Below are positions 9,459-19,596 of a stretch of DNA of 64,000 nt, in pieces. Position numbers and translations under genes: made by a program. Location of the stretch: assembly GCA_045863395.1 (NCBI GenBank), contig BTVJ01000002.1, positions 224,001 through 288,000 of the forward strand, written 5' to 3'. How positions within the stretch are numbered: the first letter of the stretch is position 1; every line of letters begins with the position of its first letter. The notes beneath the pieces were generated by a model. That model had not been told where the DNA came from. It saw only the letters and a list, made by a program, of their open reading frames with translations, and did not search any database. The stretch comes from Myxococcales bacterium (lineage in GTDB: Bacteria > Myxococcota_A > UBA9042 > JABWCM01 > BTVJ01).

Positions 9459-9889
9459 TGTACGCCGACGAAGTCTACGAGGCCGTAGCCGCCGCCATCG
9501 AGGGAATCCAGCTCCCGGTGACCGCCAAGGCCCACACCGGCGACCGCTTCGTGCGGCTCCCGCCCGGCAGCCTGAGCTTTCCTGGGGAGCGGGCGTTCGT
9601 GCTGGAGGGCGGCGTCCCGTCCGAGCACGCCGACATGGTGCTCCTCGACCAGGACAACATGGTCGTCGGCCTGCAGCTCGGGGTCGGCTACCTGTCGGGC
9701 TCCGAGGCCAGCACCAAGCGGGCGCTGCGCGATACGCACCTGATCCTCGGGGCGCTGCTGGCGCTGGAGGCGGTAGACGGCAGCCAGATCGCCCACGTCC
9801 AGGTGCAGGGCCAGGCGTTTCTGTACCAGGCCAAGATCCTGGAGGTGTCCTACCTCATCTCCGTTCGATACGACCCTCGCACCCCGTAG
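9458..9889 (+). CDS. Putative tail terminator
   Basis: 143 aa (MYADEVYEAVAAAIEGI...ISVRY), TGATG coupling, directly before the tube gene. Confidence 0.55.
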   Translation: MYADEVYEAVAAAIEGIQLPVTAKAHTGDRFVRLPPGSLSFPGERAFVLEGGVPSEHADMVLLDQDNMVVGLQLGVGYLSGSEASTKRALRDTHLILGALLALEAVDGSQIAHVQVQGQAFLYQAKILEVSYLISVRYDPRTP

Positions 9890-9898
9890 GAGCCCGAC

Positions 9899-11119
9899 AT
9901 GGCCAACGAGGCACTGACCCGCCGCCAGAACATCCTGTGGAAGTCTCACACGGGCGGCTACAACGACACGCTGGTGACCAGCTCCGGCATGGCCGCCGCC
10001 CGCGTGTCCCCGCCGGCCTACACTCCAGGTCTGGCGCTCTTCGGAGACGAGGCGGTTCGAAGCGGGCCGTTCGCGTTGCCGCCCAAAGAGGGATCGCTGC
10101 ACGGCGGCACGCTGACCTTCCGGGGCGACCTCCTCGGGCTCCTGGCGACGGCGCCCACCGGCAACCCGACCGGCGATCTGCTCAGCGCCGCGCTCAAGCA
10201 GCTCCTCGGCGGCCAGGTCATCGCCGGGTATGCCGAGGCCGCGCTGACGGCGTGGGCGGCGTCGGCCGTCGGCATCGACAACGGGGTCTCCTCCGCGCTC
10301 TACAAGGCGGGCGGCGCGGTCATCGGTCGGAACTTCGGCACCGGCAAGTACGAGATGGCCATCGTGAAGCAGGTCACAGACGGCGGCGGCAGCGACCATA
10401 CGCTCGCGACCCTGTTTCCGCTCGTAGGGACCGCTCCGCACGCCACGGCCACCACGTGGGGGACCGTCGGCAGCTACCTGACCGACGCAGCCCCCACCGC
10501 CATCACGTTCTGGGCGCAGAGCAAGAACACCACGGGCCTGGTCATCTACGGCGGGTGCGTCTGCACCGCCATCAAGCTCGACGGGAGCTCCCGCGCCAAC
10601 CCCATGGTGGACTTCACGTTCAGCGTCAACGACGTCCGCACGGACACGGAAGGCGCGGCACTGGTGGCGTCTGCTTACACCCAGCCCCAGATGAAGCCGC
10701 CCACCGCCAACAACGGCGGTCGCCTGGTCGTCGGCACGGCCAATGCCAGGTGGCACTCGCTGAGCATCGAGCTGGGCGCGACCGTGGTGCCGCTCGAGGA
10801 CCACAACGCGCTGCACGGGGTCGGGGACGTACTGCTCACGGATCAGAAGTGCGTCTTGAAGTTCAAGACGGTGGTGACGGGAGCGTTCTCGGGCCTGACC
10901 ACGCTCCCGGCGCAGTCGCCCATGGGGTTGCACCTGGGCACGGCGCCCGGGCAGATGCACGCCATCGTGATGCCCGCCCCCACCCTGACGGCCGCCGCCT
11001 CCATCGGCGACGAGCAGGGGACCATGGTGCAGGAGTGGACGGCCGAGGCCGGCCAGTGCGCCACGGACACGGGCGCCGACGGCATCACCAATTCGCCCTT
11101 CCGCTGGTACCAGGGGTGA
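9899..11119 (+). CDS. Putative major tail (tube) protein
   Basis: 406 aa, Thr/Gly/Ala beta-rich, AGGAG RBS, between terminator and chaperone genes. Confidence 0.65.
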   Translation: MANEALTRRQNILWKSHTGGYNDTLVTSSGMAAARVSPPAYTPGLALFGDEAVRSGPFALPPKEGSLHGGTLTFRGDLLGLLATAPTGNPTGDLLSAALKQLLGGQVIAGYAEAALTAWAASAVGIDNGVSSALYKAGGAVIGRNFGTGKYEMAIVKQVTDGGGSDHTLATLFPLVGTAPHATATTWGTVGSYLTDAAPTAITFWAQSKNTTGLVIYGGCVCTAIKLDGSSRANPMVDFTFSVNDVRTDTEGAALVASAYTQPQMKPPTANNGGRLVVGTANARWHSLSIELGATVVPLEDHNALHGVGDVLLTDQKCVLKFKTVVTGAFSGLTTLPAQSPMGLHLGTAPGQMHAIVMPAPTLTAAASIGDEQGTMVQEWTAEAGQCATDTGADGITNSPFRWYQG

Positions 11120-11123
11120 TGGC

Positions 11124-11552
11124 ATGAAGCTCTTCGCGACTCTCGACGGAGTGTGGTCTCTCGACGAGGACCTCGACTGGCCGGACGATGATCGGCACCA
11201 GGCGGCTCCAGGGGCGGACGGTCAGACCGTGGACGCTGGCAGGATCTTGCCACTGTCCGAGGCCGCCCCCCACCTGAGGCCCGGCGCGATCATCTGGACG
11301 GTGCGACGAATGACGGCCACGGAGTGGGAGCACATGCTCTCCGAGCGGCCGAGCAACGCAACCCTGAGCAAGGCCCACGTGATCAGAGCGCGGGCCCATG
11401 GATCGGACGAGGTGCTCGCCGGTGAGGCGCTGCTGACGGTGCTGGAGGGCCAGGGTCTGGCGCTCCTCGGCGACCTCGCGGCGTTCATCTGTCGAGCGAC
11501 CCTCGACCGTGGTTTTCGTTGCCGAGGTGGCCAGGGCCCTGGCCTGGGCTGA
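11124..11552 (+). CDS. Tail assembly chaperone (gpG-like)
   Basis: Between tube and tape measure; overlaps a second ORF in another frame. Confidence 0.65.
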   Translation: MKLFATLDGVWSLDEDLDWPDDDRHQAAPGADGQTVDAGRILPLSEAAPHLRPGAIIWTVRRMTATEWEHMLSERPSNATLSKAHVIRARAHGSDEVLAGEALLTVLEGQGLALLGDLAAFICRATLDRGFRCRGGQGPGLG

Positions 11553-11817
11553 CGTCGTCGGGTGCCGCTGCGTCGACGGAGAGCCGTGCCAGTGGCTGGA
11601 GCCGGACGGCACCCTCTGCGCCCCCGGCGGCGAGTGGTCCGCGTGCCCCGGGCGCCTGCTGGCGAGCGCCCTGGCCTGTCACCTGCGATGGGTGTGGGAC
11701 GCGGCGCAAGTAGCCCCGCTGGCCGACTGGCCGCGCGGCTACAGCGTTGAGGTGATCCAGGGCATGCGCGACTTGACCGGCATCGTGCACGAGCGCGCCC
11801 GGTCGGAGGGCAAGTAG
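11509..11817 (+). CDS. Tail assembly chaperone extension (gpT-like), probably reached by frameshift
   Basis: In the +1 frame relative to the upstream ORF; no clear RBS; stop abuts the tape measure ATG. Confidence 0.6.
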   Translation: MVFVAEVARALAWADVVGCRCVDGEPCQWLEPDGTLCAPGGEWSACPGRLLASALACHLRWVWDAAQVAPLADWPRGYSVEVIQGMRDLTGIVHERARSEGK

Positions 11818-13992
11818 ATGGCAGCTCGCGGCGACGTATCACTGACCGTGCGCCTCACGGGGGAGGATCAGGCTTCATCTGCGATCAGAGATGTGGAGGT
11901 CACTCTGTCCGGCCTGGGGCGCACTGCAATGCAGTCTGCCCGTGACTGGGCAGACGCGTACAACGAGATCAACGGAGCGGTCAGCAACGTGCTTGGCAAG
12001 CTCCGGGCTGTAGGTGATGTGGTCCGCCAGGGGCAAGAAGCCGCCAACGCCAACACGGTTTTCGCGCGCACGTGGCAGAACTCGGCAAACGCCCTGGAGA
12101 TGTTTCGCGAGGCGACGCAGGGCACGATCGACGACACCACGATGCAGCAGCGCTCCCGGAGCATGGCCATGCTCGGCCTCAGTGCCGAGGAGACCGCCAG
12201 TGCACTGGCGAGCTCGTTCAAGATCGCGGCGGCCACGGGAAAGCAAACCGACCAGGTACTGGAACAGGTCCTCGGGGGCATTCGCGGCCGTGCGATGGGG
12301 CTGAAGGCCCTGGGAGTCGAGCTCGACTTCGGCGGCGTGTACCGCGCGACCGCCGAGGCAGCGGGCAAAGCCACGACGGAGCTGACCGCGCTGGAGAAGC
12401 GCGTCGCGAGAACCAGCGCCGTGCTGCAGGAGATGGACGCCGTGGCGGGGAAGGTCGCGCTGGACGGGCTGAGCTTCAGCGTCGAACGCGCCGATACCGC
12501 CTGGACCAACCTGAAGAGCAATCTCCAAGTGATGACCTTCACGGCTTTGGCTCCCGCGATTGAAGCCACTGCTGTAGCAACGGGAGCATTGGCAGACGAG
12601 GTCGGGTCGCTCACAGGAAAGGCTGACGACTTTGTCAGCATGACCAAAGCACTCAGGCGTCAGAAGGACGCAGCAGAAGCACTCCAAGATCCCATGATCC
12701 AGATCGGCGTGCACGTAGCCGAGATTGTCAAGAGCGGCGCGGAGCTTCACGTCATCGACACAGCTATCCGCGCAATGGGCAACGCGGCGATGCTGTCGTG
12801 GGAGGACATTCAGGCGCTGAAGCTGGGGTTGCGTGGCAGCATCGAAGCGGGCCGAGAGCTGGGCGTCGTGTTCGACGACTTGGCCGAGCGTGCCCGGGAC
12901 CGGTCGCTGGCGAAGCTGCTGGGTTTTGGGTCAGAGGCCGCCCAGATCGGCTCCACTGTGGCGCGGGCCATCGGGGACACCGCGGAGTCAGTGGGGGACA
13001 TGATCGCCAAGCGCATGCATTCCCAGAAGAGGAAGAAAGGGGCGAAGGGTGGCGAAGGCTCACTGTTGGACGAGTCAGACCTACTGGTCGCAGGACTCTA
13101 CGGCACGGTCGAAGGAAACATGGCCGCCTTTCGCGAGCTGACCGAAGCGGTGGAGGAAGCGGCGGACGAAGCCTATGCCACGGCCACGGCTGAAACAGCC
13201 CGGCAGCGGGGGCTGTGGGAGATTCGCCACCAGATCGAATTGGAAGGTCGGCGAGCGCTGCTCGACGAGGACGATGCCCTCGGCCAGATTGCACTTGAGC
13301 ACGAGCTTCGGCTGCAGGAGATCCGCCGGACGTCCATCGACCACGAGCAGGCGGATCTGCTCACCCAGCTCGAGAACCAGCGCTTCGCAGCGGAGGAGCG
13401 GGAGGCTCTTCGTGACCGCGAGCTGGACTCGTTGAAGGAGGCCGGCAGTGCCATTGCGGACGCAGCGGAGCAACTGCGGGCCATTGACCAAAGTGGCGTG
13501 GGCGCCGGCCTCGGAAAGGCCGCAGGGTTCGTGGCGCAGAACTGGGAGAAGCTGTCCAAGGGCCAACCCGCGGCAATCGCCGCGTTGGGCAACGTGTCCG
13601 CCGCGGGGATCAAGAGTGAGGCGGCCCTGGCAGCGATCCGGGTGATCATGGAGCTCGCCGCGGGCACGTCTGCGGCGGTCACCCCGGGCATGCAGTGGGC
13701 TGCCGCCGGCCACTTTAGCTCGGCCGCTCTCTACGCTGTTGCCGAAGGCATGGGCGGCGGAGGCGGCGGAGGCTCCAGGTCCACCCCCGCCACTCTCGGA
13801 GGGGGCGCCCGCACAGCGCGAGTAGCAGGAGGCCAGGGCACCGGCGGCACCGGCGGCGGGGACGCCCAGCCGACGATCATCAACTACGGCGTCATCGGCA
13901 TGGGCGGCAACGAGGCCAGCAAGAGCCTCAACGAGATCATCGCCCGCGGCGTCCCCGCCGGCCTCACCGACCCTGGGGCGGGCAGGTACTGA
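11818..13992 (+). CDS. Tape measure protein
   Basis: 724 aa, Ala-rich helical; typical N-terminus (VRLTGEDQASSAI); Gly-rich linker and PTIINY near the C-terminus. Confidence 0.85.
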   Translation: MAARGDVSLTVRLTGEDQASSAIRDVEVTLSGLGRTAMQSARDWADAYNEINGAVSNVLGKLRAVGDVVRQGQEAANANTVFARTWQNSANALEMFREATQGTIDDTTMQQRSRSMAMLGLSAEETASALASSFKIAAATGKQTDQVLEQVLGGIRGRAMGLKALGVELDFGGVYRATAEAAGKATTELTALEKRVARTSAVLQEMDAVAGKVALDGLSFSVERADTAWTNLKSNLQVMTFTALAPAIEATAVATGALADEVGSLTGKADDFVSMTKALRRQKDAAEALQDPMIQIGVHVAEIVKSGAELHVIDTAIRAMGNAAMLSWEDIQALKLGLRGSIEAGRELGVVFDDLAERARDRSLAKLLGFGSEAAQIGSTVARAIGDTAESVGDMIAKRMHSQKRKKGAKGGEGSLLDESDLLVAGLYGTVEGNMAAFRELTEAVEEAADEAYATATAETARQRGLWEIRHQIELEGRRALLDEDDALGQIALEHELRLQEIRRTSIDHEQADLLTQLENQRFAAEEREALRDRELDSLKEAGSAIADAAEQLRAIDQSGVGAGLGKAAGFVAQNWEKLSKGQPAAIAALGNVSAAGIKSEAALAAIRVIMELAAGTSAAVTPGMQWAAAGHFSSAALYAVAEGMGGGGGGGSRSTPATLGGGARTARVAGGQGTGGTGGGDAQPTIINYGVIGMGGNEASKSLNEIIARGVPAGLTDPGAGRY

Positions 13993-14618
13993 TGCCCGCG
14001 AACGCCCGCGCGCTGGCACTCACCCGCCACGACTGGACAGGCACGGCCACGCTGTCCGACGGCACGAACACCGCCGGCGTGGCCCCCATCACTCCGGCCT
14101 CAGCCTTCCAGGCATGGAAGACGCTCCTCGATGCTGCCGCGGCGCACTGGACCATCACCTGGTCGGTGTCTGCCGACTCCACCCTCAGCTACACGTCCAC
14201 CACCGCGCTGACCCTGGTCTTCACGGGCGGCCTGCACACGCTGCTCGGCTTTGCCACCGACACATTCTCCGCCTCCACGACACGCACAGGCACGGGCGTG
14301 CCCCTGGGCGTCGTGCCCGGCCCGCTTCGGTGGACCGGGCTCGACCGGCTCCCCGAGGACCAGGGAACTCCGGGCCACGCCCGCGCCTCCTGGCTGCGAG
14401 TCCCCGCGCTGACCCTGCGGCAGCCGGAGGCGTCCTGCCACCTGACGACGGCTCAGGCGGAGTCAGCAGTCCGGAGCTGGGGAGCGCTCAGCGCCCCAGG
14501 CACCATCCACGTTTACACGGACGGCCCCGCGCTGGCGACGCTCTACCCCACGCGCTTCGAGCTGCGACGAGCGGGCATCGGGATGCACAAGCTGCAAGTC
14601 ACGGGGGTGCTGCCGTGA
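13992..14618 (+). CDS. Putative distal tail protein
   Basis: Directly after the tape measure gene; Thr-rich beta composition. Confidence 0.5.
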   Translation: MPANARALALTRHDWTGTATLSDGTNTAGVAPITPASAFQAWKTLLDAAAAHWTITWSVSADSTLSYTSTTALTLVFTGGLHTLLGFATDTFSASTTRTGTGVPLGVVPGPLRWTGLDRLPEDQGTPGHARASWLRVPALTLRQPEASCHLTTAQAESAVRSWGALSAPGTIHVYTDGPALATLYPTRFELRRAGIGMHKLQVTGVLP

Positions 14619-17600
14619 CGGTGCAGCTCGCCGGCGGCGCGTCCTCGCTGGCTCACCTCGAGTGGTGGGTCCCGGTGCTGGACGGCGGCCCCTTCTCCAC
14701 AGTGGACGTCTCCGTGGGCGCGGGCTACACCGGCGTGGACCTGGCGCCAGGCTGGTACCTGTTCCCGGCCTTCCTCGACGCGTTGCTCGTCGCCATCAAC
14801 GCCGCCCACGCCACCGCATACACATGGAGCTGGTACACAACGGGCGGCACGCGTCTGCTCCAGATCGACGCTGGCGAGGGAGACCCGGCCATCGCCATCA
14901 CCTGGTCGGCGTCCATGGCGGACCTTCTGGGCTTCAATTCGGGGAGCACCCCGCTCGGCGAGGCGCACCGAGCCGACACGGCCCCCGATGGCCTGGTGGA
15001 CGTGCGCACCGCCCGCTGGTGCGACCCGATGCCGCTTCGAGAGACCCACGTCACCCGCTACCGCTACGGCCGGCTGCACGCCTACCCGTGGGGGTCGGGC
15101 ACGGTTTACCGTCTGACGTGCATCTGCGACCGCGACGGCCTGACGCGCCTTCTGGAAGGTCCGATGCTCACGGGCCGGACCCGGGTGCACCAGGGCGACC
15201 TGGTGCACGCGATGACAGCCACCTGGCCCGGCGGCTACCTGGACGGGTACGTGACCCGGATCTCCAGCGACGACATGGACGGCCGCGAGCGCTGGTACCA
15301 GGTGGCGGTGGATCTGCTCGTGCCTCCTGACGCGGAGCGGACGACAGGTCTTCAGACGAACCCGCTCATCGAGGACACGTCCTTCTGGGGCTGGACGCGC
15401 TACGGGTTCAGCGTGGCGCACTACGCGAGGCTCCAGGGGATCCCCGTCGCGTGGAGTGAGCTGGACTTCGGGTGGTCCGAGTCGCACTGGACATGGACCG
15501 CCGGCCTCGTGCTCGACGGCGCGGGGCGCATCGGCTACGAGATCGACCGGCGGACTGGCGTGGGGCGCAGCGCATCGCTCAACTTCGGTCTGCTCGACCC
15601 GGACAACGCCTGGGGGCTGTTCCGTCGGCCCACCATTCGGCTCTACCTGGCCGAGGCGCTGGAGCACGACGACGCGGACGTGGTGCTCCAGGAAGACGCC
15701 ACAGCCCTGCCTTCGTCGGGGCGGGTCTTCCTCGGGTTCGAGGTCCTGGAGTACGCCAGCATCGGGGGTTTGCTCAACAACGTGCTCGAGGACGTCGACG
15801 TCAAGCGGGGCATGTGGGGCCCCGCCTACACCTACGCGGCGGGGGCCGTGCCGACATTCGCGTCAGTGACAGACGCCCCGGTGGCGTGGATGGGGCGGCA
15901 AGCCCGGGTCACCGCCACCCTGGTGGACCCGTACGGCCGACCGGTGGACGCGGCGCCCGACGGCGACCACAGCCGCGACGTGTTCCTGGGGGAGCTCGAC
16001 GGGGACCCCCAGTGGAGTGGCGAGGGCCGCTGGGACTTCACCGCCCACTCGCTGGAGCGGCGACTGACGCGGCCCATAGGCGCCGAGGTCTCCGGACGGA
16101 CCGTCGGCCTGAGCCCCGGTGAGGCACTCCGGAAGCGTCTGGTCTACGTGGAGGGCCTGCCCCTCGCCGTGGACATCAAGCTCTGGAACACCGGCGGGGC
16201 GTCGCCCGCGGTGGGCATTGGGGACGGCTACGGCGGCGCTATCGGGGAGGTGATCGTCGACGCGGACAGCCTCCGGTCCGTGGGCCAGATCGTCGACGCG
16301 ATCTGCCAGAGGGCCACGCACTACATCGGTGTGGAGTACGGGTACGCGACGTCAGTGTGGGCCGATCCCGAGGGGTGGGAGGAGCCGAGCCCGGGAGTCA
16401 TCACGGCGCGGATCGTGTCGCAGGGCGACGGCGCTGGATTCGCCGTGTTCTGCTGGCCCGCAGCGTCAGCCAGCGCCATTCTCAAGAGCACCCTGCTCAC
16501 CTGCCACAACTGGCCCTACGCGCCTTCGGATCAGCTCGGGGAGTCTGGGCGTATCACCATCGACACGAACGCCACGACCACTCCGGGCTACTACAGCGTG
16601 TTCGTGCGCGAGGCCGCGCCCGAGCTGGGGTCCGATCCGTTTCCGGCGAGCGGCTACGCCGTGGTCGAGGGGTCCGACGGCGACGAGCTCGTGCGCTACG
16701 ACCAGAAGACCGCGGTGAGTGGCGTCGCTGGCGGCCACGTCTACCGGCTCCGCGTGGTGGAGCGCCAGGTCGACGGAACGCCGGCGGTCGCGCTCAGCAA
16801 GCCAGACCAACAGGTACGAGCGGCGCAGAGGATCGCGGGCGCGGCCGGCGAGGTGATGCTGCAGGTCCTGCAGTCCTCGGGGTGGGGCATTCGAGGCACC
16901 TACGACGTGCTCCCCATCCAGGGCCAGGGCTACGGACTGAGCGACGACGTCATTGACGAGGCGTCGATCCTCGACCTGGCGCAGCCGCTCGGCCTCACCG
17001 GGCAGATCGCGCTGGTGCTGGGCAAGGAGTACTCCGCCAACAAGCTCTTCGGGGGCCTCCTCGCGTCGCGCTGGTTGTCATTCTCGCCGGTGTGCGGGAC
17101 TGACGGGCGGCTGCGCATCGGGCTGGTCCGCACGGACCCGGTGGTGACGCCCTCCGCCAAGGTGCTCACGGACGCCCATCTCATGGGCCGTCGGCCAGTG
17201 ACGCCGAAGGGCACGCACGTGGGCCCGACGACGGTGGAGATCTCGCTGGCCGAAGCGACCGTCGGCGAGAGCAAGGCGGGCAAGCTGGTCTTCCGCTCCC
17301 GGGAGGCCATCGCGGCCCGGACCGTCGTGAAGTGGGACTTTGAGTGGCACGGCGTCGGGATCATGTTCGTGAACGTGCTCGCCGTGCAGGTCGCGAAAGC
17401 GCTCCTCGACCGCGCCGAGCAGTTCATCGTTGTGGAGGTGACAGTCGGTCCCTGGCACGCCTGGCAAGCAGGCGACGCGGTGGTGGTCACATCGGACCAC
17501 CCGGGAATGTACGACTACGGGGCCGGGTCCGTGGGCGTGGCGGCGGTGTACGGGCGAGTCCTGGCAGCGCGGCGGGCCACGGACACAGCACAGGTGACGC

Positions 17601-17932
17601 TGGCCCTGCTCCTCGATGGTGCGCAGCTCCGGGGCGTCCTCTGTCCCGGCGTCCAGCTCACGGGGCGCCTCGACAACGTGATTGGGGTGCCGCCGACGCT
17701 GGCGCACCTGTACCGCGCGGGGGAGTCGGTCACAGTCTACACGCCCGGCAACACGGGCGCGCAGCGCGAGACCCTGACCATCACCGATAAGACCGGCGGA
17801 TCGCTGACAGTCTCTCCAACTCCGGCAGGGTGGGTGGGGTCGAGCAGCGTGCTCACCTACCAGGACGAGGACGCGGCCAACGGCCGGCAGGCCGCCTACA
17901 TCCACATCGACGACGGGTCGAGGCTGAGCTGA
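14615..17932 (+). CDS. Large tail tip/hub protein (1105 aa)
   Basis: GTG 14615 overlaps the previous stop; size and position fit a tail tip protein; N-terminus resembles the upstream gene product. Confidence 0.65.
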   Translation: MTVQLAGGASSLAHLEWWVPVLDGGPFSTVDVSVGAGYTGVDLAPGWYLFPAFLDALLVAINAAHATAYTWSWYTTGGTRLLQIDAGEGDPAIAITWSASMADLLGFNSGSTPLGEAHRADTAPDGLVDVRTARWCDPMPLRETHVTRYRYGRLHAYPWGSGTVYRLTCICDRDGLTRLLEGPMLTGRTRVHQGDLVHAMTATWPGGYLDGYVTRISSDDMDGRERWYQVAVDLLVPPDAERTTGLQTNPLIEDTSFWGWTRYGFSVAHYARLQGIPVAWSELDFGWSESHWTWTAGLVLDGAGRIGYEIDRRTGVGRSASLNFGLLDPDNAWGLFRRPTIRLYLAEALEHDDADVVLQEDATALPSSGRVFLGFEVLEYASIGGLLNNVLEDVDVKRGMWGPAYTYAAGAVPTFASVTDAPVAWMGRQARVTATLVDPYGRPVDAAPDGDHSRDVFLGELDGDPQWSGEGRWDFTAHSLERRLTRPIGAEVSGRTVGLSPGEALRKRLVYVEGLPLAVDIKLWNTGGASPAVGIGDGYGGAIGEVIVDADSLRSVGQIVDAICQRATHYIGVEYGYATSVWADPEGWEEPSPGVITARIVSQGDGAGFAVFCWPAASASAILKSTLLTCHNWPYAPSDQLGESGRITIDTNATTTPGYYSVFVREAAPELGSDPFPASGYAVVEGSDGDELVRYDQKTAVSGVAGGHVYRLRVVERQVDGTPAVALSKPDQQVRAAQRIAGAAGEVMLQVLQSSGWGIRGTYDVLPIQGQGYGLSDDVIDEASILDLAQPLGLTGQIALVLGKEYSANKLFGGLLASRWLSFSPVCGTDGRLRIGLVRTDPVVTPSAKVLTDAHLMGRRPVTPKGTHVGPTTVEISLAEATVGESKAGKLVFRSREAIAARTVVKWDFEWHGVGIMFVNVLAVQVAKALLDRAEQFIVVEVTVGPWHAWQAGDAVVVTSDHPGMYDYGAGSVGVAAVYGRVLAARRATDTAQVTLALLLDGAQLRGVLCPGVQLTGRLDNVIGVPPTLAHLYRAGESVTVYTPGNTGAQRETLTITDKTGGSLTVSPTPAGWVGSSSVLTYQDEDAANGRQAAYIHIDDGSRLS

Positions 17933-18933
17933 TGGCGAGCATCGAGACCACCTGGCAAACGGTCACGGGCCTGCAGCTCGCGGCTGGCGCGCCGTGGAGC
18001 CCGGAGCTGCTCGAGGCGCTGGGCGGCAACAACAACCTCCTGATCCGGCGGTACACCGCCTCCCTGGGGGCCGCGCACTTCCCGGCGCCGCTCACCCCGG
18101 CCTCGTCGGTGGACGCCTACGTCGACTTCCTGCGGTTCCTGGTGCCCGCATCCGCCGATGCCCGAGGGGTCACGGCTCAGATCCGGTGGAGGCCAGGGGC
18201 CGCGACGGACGGCCGGGTACGCATCTACTCCAGCGCGGATAGCGGCAAAAGCTCCGCCGATCTGGGGGTCGCAGGATCGGGCATGCAGTTCACCACGCTG
18301 CGCATCGACCCCACCGACGGCACGGATGACACCATCGTCTTCGCTGCCTCAGGTCTCGACACGGTGGTCTACTCGGTCGCGCTGAGCTGGGCGCAACAGA
18401 CGGGAGACACGGTGTCGTCACTCGTCCCACTCGCCAGCGGGGCATGCTACGTGAACACGACGGCGACCGGGGAGGCCGATCCGGAGACCGAGGCGGACAA
18501 GCCCGTCACCGACGAGCTGCTCAACCGGATGGCGCGGACTCCACGGATCCTCTACGCGGACCGGCGCGGCGTTGTGATGAGCGCCCACGACGATATGACT
18601 GCCACCCGTCGCTGGAAGGCCACGGGCGCGGCAGCACGGACCCTCGTGATGGGCGCGTTTCTCCCGACGCGCTACCCCGTGCGGGTGCGCTGGTACGTGC
18701 AGCCGGAGGACACGACCACGACGTGGAGTGTGCGGATCACCGACAGCCTATCTCCGTCGGTCTACGCGGAGATTACCCAGGCCAGCTCATCGGAGTCCTG
18801 GGGCGGCGTCACGTGGTACAAGGCGGCGAGCCCCGTGCTGCTGTCCCGCGGGGATCACGTCATCGACTGCGAGCTGGCGGCGTTCCCGGGCACCCTGAGC
18901 CTCAACGCACTGGTCGGGCTGGTGGAGGTCTGA
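17932..18933 (+). CDS. Putative minor tail protein
   Basis: TGATG-coupled; beta-rich; tail module position. Confidence 0.55.
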   Translation: MASIETTWQTVTGLQLAAGAPWSPELLEALGGNNNLLIRRYTASLGAAHFPAPLTPASSVDAYVDFLRFLVPASADARGVTAQIRWRPGAATDGRVRIYSSADSGKSSADLGVAGSGMQFTTLRIDPTDGTDDTIVFAASGLDTVVYSVALSWAQQTGDTVSSLVPLASGACYVNTTATGEADPETEADKPVTDELLNRMARTPRILYADRRGVVMSAHDDMTATRRWKATGAAARTLVMGAFLPTRYPVRVRWYVQPEDTTTTWSVRITDSLSPSVYAEITQASSSESWGGVTWYKAASPVLLSRGDHVIDCELAAFPGTLSLNALVGLVEV

Positions 18934-18934
18934 C

Positions 18935-19489
18935 GTGGAGCACATCTACCAGCCGGACGCAGCGCACTGGTCGACCGACGACGCACCCGGCCCCACATCA
19001 CAGATCGTGCCGCACGAGGCTGAGGGCCTCACGCTATGGCCGCTGCTCGTCGACCTGTGGCAGTGTGCGGCGCTCTACGGCGCCATGGTGAGCCCGGTGC
19101 TGATCGGGGATCTCGGCGGGTCCATGAGCAAGGTGCGCGTCCGACTTGTCGTGCCAGGTCTGGCCACGCATGCCCAGATCTACGTGCGCGCAGTGGGTCA
19201 GGGCTCCGTCTATATCGAGGAGCAGACGTCCGGCTTTGCCCCCGGCTGGGCGGCGCAGGTGCCTTGCCAGGGCAACGGATCGAGCACATCGCTCGACGAG
19301 GCAGGCACGTTCATCGGGTCAGGCAGCTACGAGACTCCGACATCTCTTTTACAGCGACTGGCCCTCGTACCGGACGGGGACTCCCCGTTCTACTTCTTGG
19401 ACCTCGACATTTGGAAGGACGAGTCTCCACAGCTCACCGTGCTCAGCGTAGCACTCAGGCTTACCCGCATTGACCCCATCGTCGCTTGA
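18935..19489 (+). CDS. Putative minor tail/receptor-binding protein
   Basis: GGAGG RBS then GTG; beta-sandwich-like; lower-GC 3' end. Confidence 0.5.
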   Translation: MEHIYQPDAAHWSTDDAPGPTSQIVPHEAEGLTLWPLLVDLWQCAALYGAMVSPVLIGDLGGSMSKVRVRLVVPGLATHAQIYVRAVGQGSVYIEEQTSGFAPGWAAQVPCQGNGSSTSLDEAGTFIGSGSYETPTSLLQRLALVPDGDSPFYFLDLDIWKDESPQLTVLSVALRLTRIDPIVA

Positions 19490-19532
19490 CCTCCCCCGCC
19501 CTGCTTGCCCGGAAGGGATCGCGGATCGCGGC

Positions 19533-19561
19533 TTGACCATCTCGCAGACCTGCGCTAGCGT
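19533..19561 (+). promoter_or_regulatory. Sigma70-like promoter inside the late region
   Basis: TTGACC-17 nt-TAGCGT; spacer contains the dyad cgcag-ac-ctgcg. Confidence 0.55.
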
Positions 19562-19596
19562 ACAGCCTGAACAGACGTTCACCTAACGGAGACACC

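Noticed and set aside
9899..11119. Contractile tail sheath, tailocin or eCIS
   Set aside because: No separate tube gene or baseplate wedge genes recognised; head, packaging and att elements indicate a prophage.
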